Made by a program: the position numbers and the translations under genes
Assembly: GCA_014905635.1 (NCBI GenBank)
Contig: JABVCE010000040.1
Span: 1-64,000, forward strand
Direction of reading: 5' to 3'
Length of the DNA stretch: 64,000 nucleotides
From: Scenedesmus sp. PABB004
Taxonomy: Eukaryota
Part shown: positions 23,043 to 33,483 of the stretch, in pieces
How positions within the stretch are numbered: position 1 is the first letter of the stretch
Layout of the letters: each line of letters opens with the position of its first letter
Notes under the pieces: model-generated
What the model was told of the DNA's origin: nothing
Database searches by the model: none
What the model saw: the letters and a program-made list of their open reading frames with translations, nothing else

Positions 23043-23365
23043 CCGCGACGCTTGACCCGACTCTGACGGCGCCTGAGGGGCAGACGTGTGACGCGGCGTG
23101 GTGGGACTCCAGACAGACCCAGGGTTGGCCCCGGCCGCCGGGGGAGGGGGGGCTCTGTGCGCAGCCACGCGCCTTTGGGGGAGGGCCCGCACGCGTGTGC
23201 GGCGGCGGTGGAGCGCGCGGCCGCGGCGCCGACATTCTTTTGTTCCCTCGTGCGCGCCGCGGCAACACCGCGCGGCGTCCCGCCCGTCGCCCGGCCGGCG
23301 TGAGCCCCCCAGATGCCGCCCGGCCCGCGCCAGCCCGCCGCCCTGGGCCGCCCCAGGCTGCGCCG

Positions 23366-24437
23366 TCACCCCCAGATGCCAATGACGGCCATGCCGCCCA
23401 CGCCGCACAGCGTCGCTGCGACCAGCCCCGCCGCGAGCCGCGGGCGCAGCAGGAGGTCTGACTTGCTGAACTCCTCGCCGATCTGCGCGCCGCGGCGCCG
23501 CGGCGGCGGCGAGGCCCATCGGCGCGGGGGCGGGTCGCGCGCGCCCTGTGCGCCCCGGCCAGGCCCTGCAGGGAGGGGCCCCGGGCGGCGCGCGCGCGCG
23601 CGCCCACCTACCAGGTGGAACATGCACACCGCGAGCAGCATGCCGCCGCTCGCCGCGTTGAGCGCGCCCTGCGCCGCGAGCGCGGCGAGCGAGTCGGCGT
23701 TGTAGCGCGGTGCGGCGGCGATGCCGATGGCGACGCCGGCGGGCATGCAGAGCGCGTAGCCCAGGGCCATCGCGCCGCGCTTGGCGCGCCCGAGGCGGCT
23801 CGCCGCCAGCGCGGCGCCCAGGGCCAGTCCCTCCAGCGCCTGGTGGAAGACCATGACTGCCGTGGTCGTCGCGAGCAGCTGCCGCGCGCCGTGCGCGGCC
23901 TCGGACGTCACGCCGATCGACACGCCTGCGCGCGGCGGCGCGGCGGGCGGCTCGGCGCGGCGCCGCGGTGCGCCCCCCGCCGGCCCGCCCGGGGGCAGGC
24001 AGCGCGGGGCACACGCCCCCCGCGCGCCGCGGCGGACGTGTGCGCAAATGGGCGGCGGCGCCGGTCAACACAGTCAACGCAGCAGTCAACACAGTCAACA
24101 CAGTCAACACAGTCAACACAGTCAACGCAGTCAACGCAGTCAACGCAGTCAACGCAGTCGTCGCAGTCGTCGCACCGATGATGACCGAGTGGAAGACGCA
24201 GCCCGCCTCGAGCGTGTACGCCGCCAGCCAGCGCCGCACGCTCGTGATCTCGCAGCCGGGCGCGTGGTGGTGGCTGTGCGCCAGCGCGGAGACGCCGGTC
24301 GGCGCGGACGACGCGCCGCCGCCGCCGGGCGCCGCCGCGGGTGGCGCCTCGACGTCGGCGGGCGCGGGGCAGCAGGGCGCCGGCACGTGCACGCCGCCCG
24401 CCGGCGGCGCCGAGGGGCGCGGCGCGGCGCCCTTGGC

Positions 24438-24474
<37 letters not shown>

Positions 24475-24887
24475 TGGCGGCCGACGAGGGCGTACGTCGC
24501 TGCCCAATCGAGGAAGACCATCGCCAGCACGCCGGCCGCGACGACCAGGCCGCCCGCGGGGAAGGCCGGCGAGACGGCCTCCAGCTGCTCCAAACCCTCG
24601 GGGATGATGTGCACCAGCGCCAGCGCCAGGATGGTCCCGCCAGCGAAGCAGCGCACGACGCGCGCGGCGGGGCCGTCCGACGCCGCCCAGCGGCCGCACT
24701 GCGGCGCCGCGACGCCGCACCCCCCGCCGGCCAGGATCGCGGCCAGCGCGATCAGGCGGAGGACGTACGACTGCGTCGTCTCAGGTGCGTGCGCGTCGCC
24801 GTACGCTGGCGCGCCGGCGCCGTGGAGCAGCCCGCGCAGCGCGGCGGCGCCGTCGAGCTGCATGGTCGCGGCGGCCTGGAGGTGCAT
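23366..24887 (-). CDS. ZIP family Zn/Fe transporter (ZRT/IRT-like), 3 exons
   Basis: FAGGTILALALVHIIPEG, His-rich loop HSHHH, LEAGCVFHSVIIG, FHQALEGLALG, LNAASGGMLL, ending MAVIGIWG. Start could be 24887 or 24863. Confidence 0.92.
24063..24174. repeat. 9-bp minisatellite (CAGTCAACR)n in a ZIP intron
   Basis: Ten GTCAAC cores (24064-24153) plus two degenerate GTCGTCGCA units, abutting the minus-strand 5' splice site. Confidence 0.95.
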
Positions 24888-24981
24888 GGACGGTGAGCGA
24901 TTGGGTAGAGTCGTCGACTGGGCGCTCGCCGCGGCCTTTTGGTGCCTTTTGGGGCCGCCGCCGCGCGCCGCCGTCCTGCCG

Positions 24982-25060
24982 GTACGGCGGCAGGGACGGG
25001 CGGCGCGCGTACGACGCGGGGCACCTCGCGCGCTTACGCGATCGACGCGCAGCCCGTACG
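24982..25060. promoter_or_regulatory. Cluster of three GTACG cores (candidate SBP/CRR1-type metal-response elements)
   Basis: GTAC at 24982, 25009 and 25056, upstream of the ZIP start. Function is inferred. Confidence 0.4.
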
Positions 25061-25258
25061 ACGTGGCGCCGGGCATCGCGACGCGCCGCGCCGCTCAGCG
25101 AGGGCTCAGCGAGGGCTCAGCGTGCGCAGTCGGCGCTCCTTCTGCGCTCCGCCCGCCGCTGGCCGCCCGATCGGTGCCCGCGCCGGCGCCGCGTGCAGCA
25201 GCAGCTCCCCCCGCACCGCCTGCACAGCGCCACCGTGCGGGGGCGCGCCGGCGCCGCG

Positions 25259-27538
25259 ATGGCGGAGCAGCAGCGCTCCGAACTGCCGCCGCAGCAACCG
25301 CCGGGCTGCAAGCGCCTGGCCGTGATCCTCAGCGCCCTGGCCTACGTCCTGCTGCTGGGTGGGCGGCAGCGCTGTTGCCGCCGCGCCGCGGCCAGGCGGC
25401 GCACCGCGCCCGGCCGCCCCTGCACGGCGGCGCCCACGCCGCCGCCCGCTCGCTGCCGTGCCCGCCGCCGCCGCAGGCGTGCCGGTGTGGTGGCGCAGCA
25501 CCAGCCTGCACCGCCCGCCGCTGCCGCACGGCGCCATCGCGGCGGTCGCAGACGCGGCCGCGCGGCCGGCGCTGCTGCCGCTGTCGCTGCAGCTGGTGCT
25601 GGCGGTGCCGCCGGGTGCGGCCGCTCGGCGGGCCTGCCGGCGCGGCGGCGCGCCCCGGCGGTGCGGCTGGCTGAGTTGCCCACCGTCGCCCCCGCGCAGG
25701 CGCCCAGCTCCCGGACGGGCTGTCGGAGGCGGCGCTGCTGCGGGCGCTGCGCGGCGCGGTGCCGCGCAGCATCGACGCGCAGGCGCGCCGCGCCCCGCCG
25801 CCGGCAGCGCCTGCGCCGCCGCTGCTGCTGGCGCTGCTGCCGACCGCCGCGGCCGTCTGACGCCGCGCGCGTGCCGCAGGTCGAGCTCTCGGTGGCCGTC
25901 AGCGTGGCGAGGCAGTGCGGGCCGGCGGCCGCGGAGAGCTGCAGTGGCAGCGACGGCGACGGCGGCGGCGCGTGCCAGCTGCGGCGGGCGTGCCCAGACC
26001 TGTCGGGCGCGCCCGTGCCCGGCGGCAGCGGCGACGTGGCGGGGCTGCGGCGCCTGGATGAGTGGCTGGCGCAGCGGGCGGAGCCACAGGCGCCAGGGCG
26101 GTACGCTCTCTTCCTGCTGCCACAGCAGCAGCAGGAGCAGCAGCAGCAGGAGTCGCAGCAGCAGGCGGCGGCGGGCGGCGTGGTGGTGGTGGGCCGCCAC
26201 CGCCACGCCTGGCTGTCGTACGACCCCGCCGCCGCGGCCGCGGCCCCCGACCGCCTGCTTGCCGCCGCGGGCGCCGCCGCGGCGCGCGTGCTGGGCTGCT
26301 GCTTCGGCCTGCACGCGTCGGCCGCCGCGCTCGCGGCCGCGGGCGCGCTGCCGGTGTCGCCCGGCGGCGGCGCGCTGCTGTCGTTCTCGCTGCTCAACGC
26401 CGAACCCGGCGCGGGGCCGCACTTCACGTGGGACTTTGCGTCGTTCGAGCGCGACCACCTGGCGCCCCTGGCGGCGGCGCTCGCGCCGGCGGTGCGGCTG
26501 GACGCCGAGAGCCAGGTGCTCGGCTACACGCCCGCGCGCACGCCCGGCGCGTGGAGCGCCAAGCACCGCGCCTGGGTGGTGCGGCGCTCGCAGCTGCCGT
26601 TCTTCGTGGACAGCGAGTGGGCGGTCGAGTCGGGGCGCGCCGTGCTGCACCCCGGCGGCGGCGGCAGCCCGCTCGCCGGCGGCGGCGGCGGCGGCGGCGA
26701 CGGCGGCGCCGCGGCAGCCGACCAGCTGGCGGCGCCGCCGCACGTGCTGCACTTTGTGGTCTATGTGCCGCCCGCCGACCGCGCGCCGCTGCTGCTGCTC
26801 GGGCCGCGCGGCGCGCCGCGGGACAGCAACAGCTTCTGGACGCCCGGGTGGGGCGGGGTGCTGGTGCTCAACCCGCCGGCGCAGCAGGCGCGCGGCGAGG
26901 ACGAGCCGGGCGGCGGGGCCGCGCCGGCGGCGCGGGCGCCGGGGCAGGCGGTGCCGCTGGGCGACGGCGAGCTCGCCCACGTCGCCGCCGTCGTGGCGGC
27001 GCAGCTGCAGGCGCTGCTCGGCGTCGCGCCGCCGGACGACGGCGACGACGGCGACGGCAGTGACGACGGCGGCGGCGGCGGCGGCGTGCCGCTGCGGCTG
27101 CCGGCCGGGCGCGCGGGCTTTGCGGCGTGGCAGGTGGACGCGCTGCTGCGCCAGCGCGCGGGCGCGGACGTGGCCGAGGCGGCGCGCGTGCTGGGGTCGC
27201 TGTCGCGGCTGGTGCAGGAGCTGCCAAACCTGGAGATGCCAGACCTGATCGGGCAGCAGGTGTCCGCCGCGCTGGAGCACGTCGCGGCCGCGCGCGCCGC
27301 GGTCGCGGGCGGGCGCTACGCCGCCGCGGGCGCCGCGGCGCGCGCGGCGCGGCGCGCGGCCGAGGCCGCGTTCTCGCACCCCGCGGTGCTGGCGCAGCTG
27401 AACTTCCCCGAGAGCCACAAGCTGGGCGTGTACATGCCCCTCTTCCTCCCCGCCGCGGTGCCGCTGCTGCAGGGCGTCGCCGGGCAGGCGGCGCGCTACG
27501 TCACGCGGCGGCGGCGCTGGGCGGCGGCGGGCGCGTAG
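25259..27538 (+). CDS. PIGS: GPI transamidase component PIG-S
   Basis: N-terminal TM followed by GVPVWWRSTSLHRPPLP; LSFSLLNAEP, ESQVLGYT, LHFVVYVP, NSFWTPGWGGVLVLN, AFSHPAVLAQLNFPESHKLGVYMPLFLP. Confidence 0.9.
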   Translation: MAEQQRSELPPQQPPGCKRLAVILSALAYVLLLGGRQRCCRRAAARRRTAPGRPCTAAPTPPPARCRARRRRRRAGVVAQHQPAPPAAAARRHRGGRRRGRAAGAAAAVAAAGAGGAAGCGRSAGLPARRRAPAVRLAELPTVAPAQAPSSRTGCRRRRCCGRCAARCRAASTRRRAAPRRRQRLRRRCCWRCCRPPRPSDAARVPQVELSVAVSVARQCGPAAAESCSGSDGDGGGACQLRRACPDLSGAPVPGGSGDVAGLRRLDEWLAQRAEPQAPGRYALFLLPQQQQEQQQQESQQQAAAGGVVVVGRHRHAWLSYDPAAAAAAPDRLLAAAGAAAARVLGCCFGLHASAAALAAAGALPVSPGGGALLSFSLLNAEPGAGPHFTWDFASFERDHLAPLAAALAPAVRLDAESQVLGYTPARTPGAWSAKHRAWVVRRSQLPFFVDSEWAVESGRAVLHPGGGGSPLAGGGGGGGDGGAAAADQLAAPPHVLHFVVYVPPADRAPLLLLGPRGAPRDSNSFWTPGWGGVLVLNPPAQQARGEDEPGGGAAPAARAPGQAVPLGDGELAHVAAVVAAQLQALLGVAPPDDGDDGDGSDDGGGGGGVPLRLPAGRAGFAAWQVDALLRQRAGADVAEAARVLGSLSRLVQELPNLEMPDLIGQQVSAALEHVAAARAAVAGGRYAAAGAAARAARRAAEAAFSHPAVLAQLNFPESHKLGVYMPLFLPAAVPLLQGVAGQAARYVTRRRRWAAAGA

Positions 27539-27661
27539 CGCGTGCGCGGGGTGGCGACGATTACGTGCGCGCGCACTCGCCTGCCCCGCCCGCCCCGCCC
27601 GCGCTTGGTGCGCCGCGCGGCATGCGCCACGTGCTCAGACAAAGCGCCCGCAGGCCAGCTC

Positions 27662-30096
27662 TCAGCCGGCCGCTGCCGCGGCCTTGAGCGCGGCGCGCTC
27701 CGCCTCGACCACCGCCGCGGCGGCCGCCGCGCCCGGCAGCAGCTCGCGCAGCCGCGCGGGCGGCATCAGCAGCGGCGCGGGGCGCACAGCCGCCTCCTTG
27801 TTGCCCAGCTGCCCGCACGCGGCCATCTCGTCGTCGCCCTTGGACGCGCGCACGGTGCAGACCTTGCCGCCCGCGCGCACGATCGCCGCGAAGCGCCGCA
27901 CCTGCGCGGCGGGGACGGACGGCGCGGCGGCGTGCGCGGGCAAACCCGAGACCAAGCTCCGCGCCGCGCCCTGCGCGGCGCGCGGGCCGCGGCCGCACCG
28001 TGTCGTCGCTCGAGCCGGTGAAGGGCGTGCCTGCGTAGGCGTTGAAGACGATGAGGTTGACCGCCGCGTACACGCCCTCCAGCAGGCTCACCAGGCGCTC
28101 CGCATCGGCGTCGCTGTCGTTTACACCCGCCAGCATCACGTACTCTATCAACACAAAGTCGTCGCTGCGCACGCGGCCGACGCCGGCGCCAGCGCCGCCG
28201 CCAGCGCCCGCGCCCGCGCTGCCGCTGTCGCCCGCGGCGGGCGCGCCCGCGCCGTCGCCGGCGGCGTGCCCGGCGCCGCCGCGGCCGGCGTTGACGCCGC
28301 GCTGGCCGGGGCGCTGCGGGAGCGGGTAGAGGCGGCGCAGCGCGCCGACCAGCTCGCCCAGCGGGTACTTGCGGTTGGTCGGCACGATCCAGCTGCGCGC
28401 CCAGGCGGCGCGGCGCGGCGCAGCGCGGCGTCAGGCGCGCGTCGCAGCCGCGGAGGCGCGGGCGCCGCCTGGCCCCGCGCTGCGCGCGCTGCGCCTGCCC
28501 CCGCGCTGCGCCGGCCCCCGCGCCGCGCCGCGCCTGCGGACTTCGTCGGTCGTCGCGTGCAGGCTGACGGCGAGCTTGGCCTTGCCGCTGCGCCGCAGCG
28601 CCGTGAGCTCAGGCACGAGGCCGACCGTCGACACGATGACCTTTGAGCGGCCCAGCGAGAGGCCGGACGGGTGGGTGATGATGTCGAGCGCCGGCATCAG
28701 CTGCTCCATGTTGTGCAGCGGCTCGCCCATGCCTGGGTGCGGCGGCGGCGGTGTCGGCGGCGGCGGCGGGGCGTCGCGGCGGCGGGGCGCCGCGGCGGCG
28801 GGGCGTCGCGGCGGCGGGCCGGCGCCGCCGCACTGCGACGGCAGCGCGTGTGCGGGCTGCCGCCCCGGCGGCGCCGCTGGCAGCCCCCGGGCTCACCCAT
28901 GAATACGATGTTGACGATGCGCGGCGGCACCGGCGCCCAGCTGCCGCGCCGCCGCCCGCCGCGGCGCGCGGCCTGGCCGCCGCCCCGCGCCGGCGCCTGC
29001 TGCTCCTGCTGCTGCTCCTGCTCCTGCTGCTGCGTCTGCTGCTGCGCCTGCTGCTGCTGGAGCACGGGCGCCGCCTGCTCCTGCGCCGCGGTGTACTCGG
29101 CCAGCCAGCGCCGCGCCTCGACAAGCTGCTCGACCATCTGCGCCGTGCTGAGGTTGCCCATCAACCCCATGCGACCGGTGAAGCAGAATTGGCAGTTCTG
29201 AGCGCAGCCGACCTGACTGCTCAAGCACGCCGTGTAGCGCGGCTGGCTGCCGTCCCTGCGGGCGCGGCGGGCGCGGCGGGCGCGGCGCTTGCTCGCTCGC
29301 TCGCCCGCTGTCAACCCTATGTGTATATATATCAGCCCTGCTCCCTCGGCCCCCTGCCCTCTTGCGCCTGACCTGTTGGTCATGGGTATGAGCACCGTCT
29401 CCACGCTGCCCCCGGGCGCGCCGTGCAGCGCAAACACGAGCTTGTGCGTGCCGTCCCGCGCGGTCGTCACGCTCTGCAGGCTCAGCCCGCCGCCGAGGCT
29501 CGCCGCCGCGTCGAGCGCGGCGCGGAAGCTGCCCGCGAGCGCGGCCGGCGCGTCGCCGCCGACCTCGTCGAGGGAGCGCACCCAGCGCTTGTCGCCGTAC
29601 AGCGCGCGCCAGAGCTGCCCCGCGCGCCGCGCGTCGTGGCCTGCGCGGCGCGGCCGCAGCGCGTGGGTCCCCACGCCCCGACCGGCGCGGGCGGGCCCTG
29701 GCGGCGCAGCGGCGCAGCAGACGCGCACGCACCTATCGACTCGCACCACTCCACGAGCTCCTCGTGCGTCAGGCTCTTGAGCTGCAGCCGGCCCTCCGCG
29801 TCGAACACGCCTGGGCGGCCGGCGAACGACAGCGACGCCGCGTCGACCGGCGGCGCCTCGACCGCCGCGGCGCGCGTGGCGCCGCCGCCGCGCTGGGCGC
29901 GAGCGGTGGTGCCGCCGGCGGGGGCAGGCCGCGGCGCAGCGGCCGCGGCCGCCGCCGCGACGGCTCTGCCGGCGCCGCTGCAGCTGCCGCCGCGCGCCCC
30001 CGGCGCCGGCTGCCTGGCCACAGCCACGCCCAGAGCGCGCGTGGCCGTGACCCGGACCCGGCCCGCCACCAGGTGGCGCAGCCGGGCGACCAGCAT
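27662..30096 (-). CDS. rlmN: RlmN-family radical SAM RNA methyltransferase, probably organellar
   Basis: VETVLIP, TACLSSQVGCAQNCQFCFTG (CxxxCxxC), NIVFM/GMGEPLHN, LAVSLHA, EYVMLAGVND, KGDDEMAACGQL. Confidence 0.94.
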
Positions 30097-30590
30097 CGCG
30101 GCTGCTGCGCGACGTGCGGCGGCGGCGCCGCTGCTGCTGCTGCACAAGCGCACGCGCTGCTGCTGCTGCCGGCTGCGCGGCAAGTGTGTGTGGCTCCAGC
30201 GTGACCGGGGAATTGGTCCGGGCCTTGGCGCGCAAGCTGGTGGCTGTTAATGTTCGCGGCGCCGCCCGCGCGCTCCCCAGCACCCGTTCGTCGTCGCGGT
30301 ACCACGCACACCTAGCCACCGCGCCGCGCACGGGGCCCTGAGGCGCACCGCACGCGCCGCGAGAGCCGGCCGCAGTCGCGCCGCCCCGTCCCGGGTGCCT
30401 CCGCGTCGATCGCGGGCGGCCAGCGCGCCCAGGCGCAGCCCGTCGCACCTGCACCTCTCTGCCGCGCCCGCGGCGCGCCGCGCCCCGCCGCCCGCCGGCG
30501 CGCCGGCCCGCAGCAGCAGCGGCGCCGCCGCCGGCCGGCCGCCGGCCGCCGCCGGCCCGCGGCGCGGCGCGCGCCCCGCGCTCCGCCGCC

Positions 30591-33262
30591 ATGGAGTACG
30601 AGGCGGGCGAGTACCGCAAGCTCGCGGTGAAGGCCTTCCCGCCGCGCAGCCTGCGCGAGACGGCGGAGGGCAAGTACTGGAAGCGCTTCAAGGCGCCGCT
30701 CTTCGCCAAGCAGGCGCGCCCCCCGCCCGCGCCCGCGGGCTGCGCCGCCGTCACCGCGGCCCGCCCGCCGGGCCGGCGGCGCCCGCAGGCCGTGCCCGCG
30801 CCGGCCGCTGGCCGCCGCGCGGCCGGCCGGTAGCGGCGGCTGCCGCGCGTGGCGCCCGTCAGCCGCCGACCCGCCGCCGCCGCCGCTGCTCCTGGGACCG
30901 CAGTTTGGCCCCGTGACGCACGTTGACTTCTGCCCGACCTACCCCCACCACTTTGCGGTCACCGCCTCGACGCGGGTGCGCGGCGCGCCGCCGCCAGCGC
31001 GCGGCGCGCCTGCTCGCCCCGCCCGCGCCGCCGCCGCGCCCTTCCTGCTCTGCGCCCCGCCGCGCGCCCCGCCGCGTTCCCCGCCCGCCGCGCGCCCGCC
31101 AGCTCGCCGCGCGCACTGCCGCCCACCGCCCGCCGCCGCGCCGCGTGCACGTGCAGGTCATCATCTACGACGGCCTCACGCGCCAGGTGCGGCGCACGAT
31201 CGGTCGCTTCAAGGACGTGGCCTTCAGCGGGACCTTCCGCCCCGACGGCCGCCTCCTTGTGGCGGGCGGGCAGACCGGCATCGTGCAGGCGCGGCGCCGG
31301 CGCCGCGCCGCCGGGGGAGGGACGGCGGGGGAGGGACGGCGGGGGCCATGCCGTAGCGGCGGCGGCGGCAGCCGACGCCGCGCCCTGCCGCGTGCGCGGC
31401 TGCTGGCCCGCGCGCACGCAGGTGTTTGACGCCAACAGCCGCTCCGTGCTGCGCCAGCTCAAGGGCCACCAGCGGCCGGTGCACGTGGCGCGCTTTGCGG
31501 CGGACAAGGTGCGGCCGGGCGCCGCTGCCCGCCGCGCGGCAGCAGGCGCAGCAGGCGCGGGCGGGGCGCGGTGCGCGCGCCGCCACCCCGGCCGGGCGAT
31601 GCCCGCGCGCGCACACGCGCTGCGCAGGTGCACGTGCTGAGCGGCAGCGACGACGTGACGCTGCGGTGGTGGGACATCTCGGCCGGCAAGCAGCTCGCGC
31701 GGCTCACGGGCCACGAGGACTACGTCCGCGCCGCGGCGGCCAGCCCCAGCAGCGCCGACGTGTGGGCCTCGGGTGAGCGCCGCCGCCGCCGCAGCAAGCC
31801 TCCCGGCGCGCGCGCGCTGTTGCGCGCCGCGGCGCCGACGGGGTCGGCCCCCGCCCGCGGGCCGCCCCGGCGCGCAGGCGGGTACGACCACACGGTGCGG
31901 CTGTGGGACGTGCGCACGCGCGGCTGCGCGCTGAGCCTCGACCACGGCGCGCCGGTTGAGGACGTGGCGTTCTTCCCCGCCGGCGGGCTGCTCGTGAGCG
32001 CGGGCGGGACGAGCCTGTGCGTCTGGGACGTCATGGGGTGAGACCAGCAGCGCTGAGCGGCAGCGCGGCGCGGTCGCCGCGGACGCGGCGGCGGACGACG
32101 CGCGCGCAGGCGTGCGGGCGCGGCGCCGCCGACGCCCGCCCGCCCGCCCGCCCGCCCGCCCCGCGCCGCCCGCCCCGCGCCCGCGCCGCGTGCGGCGCGC
32201 CCGCGCAGCGGCGGCCGGCTGCTCCGCCGGCTGCCCAACTTTCAGAAGACGGTGTCGTGCGTGTCGCTCTCACCGCGCGCGGGCCCTGACGCGGCCGCGG
32301 CGCCGCGGCTGCTCGCGGGGTCGCTGGACGGGCACGTCAAGGTGTTTGAGCTTGACAACTTCAAGGTCACCGCCGCGTCAAAGTACCCCGCGCCCGTCAC
32401 GGCGCTCGGGCTGAGCGCCGACTGCGGCCTGCTCGCCGTGGGCATGGCCGACGGCATGCTCAGCGTGCGGCGGCACGCGAAGCCGCGCGGCGCGGGCGGC
32501 GGCGGTGCCGCGGTCGGCGCCGGCGGCGGCGGCCGCGCGGGCCGGCGCGCGCGGCCGCCGCGGCTCAACGCGGCCAACTTTCGGTTCTTCCTGCGCGGCC
32601 GCGACGCCAAGGCGGCGGCGAGCGACGTCGTGGTCGCCGCGCGGCGCCGCGCGCGCCTCGCGCCGTACGACCGCGCGCTGCGCGCGTTCCGGTACAGGTG
32701 CGGCCGCGCGGCGCGTTGCTGTCTCTCGCTCTGCGTGTGGGGGCGCCGGCGAGGAGGCGCCCAGCGGGACAGCCCCAGGCGCGGCGCCCGACCCGCTGCC
32801 GCCGCCGCCGCAGGGACGCGCTGGACGCGGCGCTCGCGACGGCGCGGCCCGACGTGGTGCACAGCATGCTGGAGGAGCTCGCGGCGCGCGGCGGCCTGCA
32901 CGGCGCGCTTGCGGGCCGCCCCGCCGCGGGCCTGCTGCCGCTGCTGCGCCACCTCGCGCGCTGGATCGCCGACCCGCGCCACGCGGCGAGCCTCGCGGGC
33001 GTGGCGTCGCGCGTGGTCGACATCTACGCCCCCGTCGTGCACACCAACGCAGAGGTGCGGCCTCGCGCGGCGCGCGCCCCGCGGCGGCGGGCGCGCGGGG
33101 CTGAGCGCTGTGCGGCGCGCGCAGGTGGACGCGTGCCTGCGGCAGCTGCGCGACGCGCTGGCGGAGGAGGTGCGGCTGCAGGAGGCGCTGATGCGGCTGA
33201 GCGGCTGCCTGGAGCCCATCCTGGCGGGCGCGCTGGCGGCGCCCGCGGCGGCCGGCCGGTAG
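30591..33262 (+). CDS. UTP15: U3 snoRNA-associated protein 15 (WD40)
   Basis: EGKYWKRFK, FAVTASTR, IGRFKDVAFSGTFRPDGRLL, SGSDDVTLRWWD, GHEDYVR, LDHGAPVEDV, NFQKTVSC, GSLDGHVKVF; C-terminal LEELAARGGLHGALAGR. Confidence 0.92.
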
Positions 33263-33483
33263 CGGCTGGCAGAGCGCCGCGGCGCCGTGCTGCGGTGACC
33301 GCTCGCACGCGCGTCGCCCGCCCGTGCGTGCTCGCCTCTCCCCCCTCTCGCCTCTCGCACACCGCGCCGGTCCAGCGCCCGCCCGCAGCTCGCCGCCGGC
33401 CGGCGGCTGCGCAGCCACGCGCCGCGATCAGGAGCTCCTCGGCGCGTGCCGTCGCCTGCAGCGCGCGCAGCTCGGCCTCGTCC

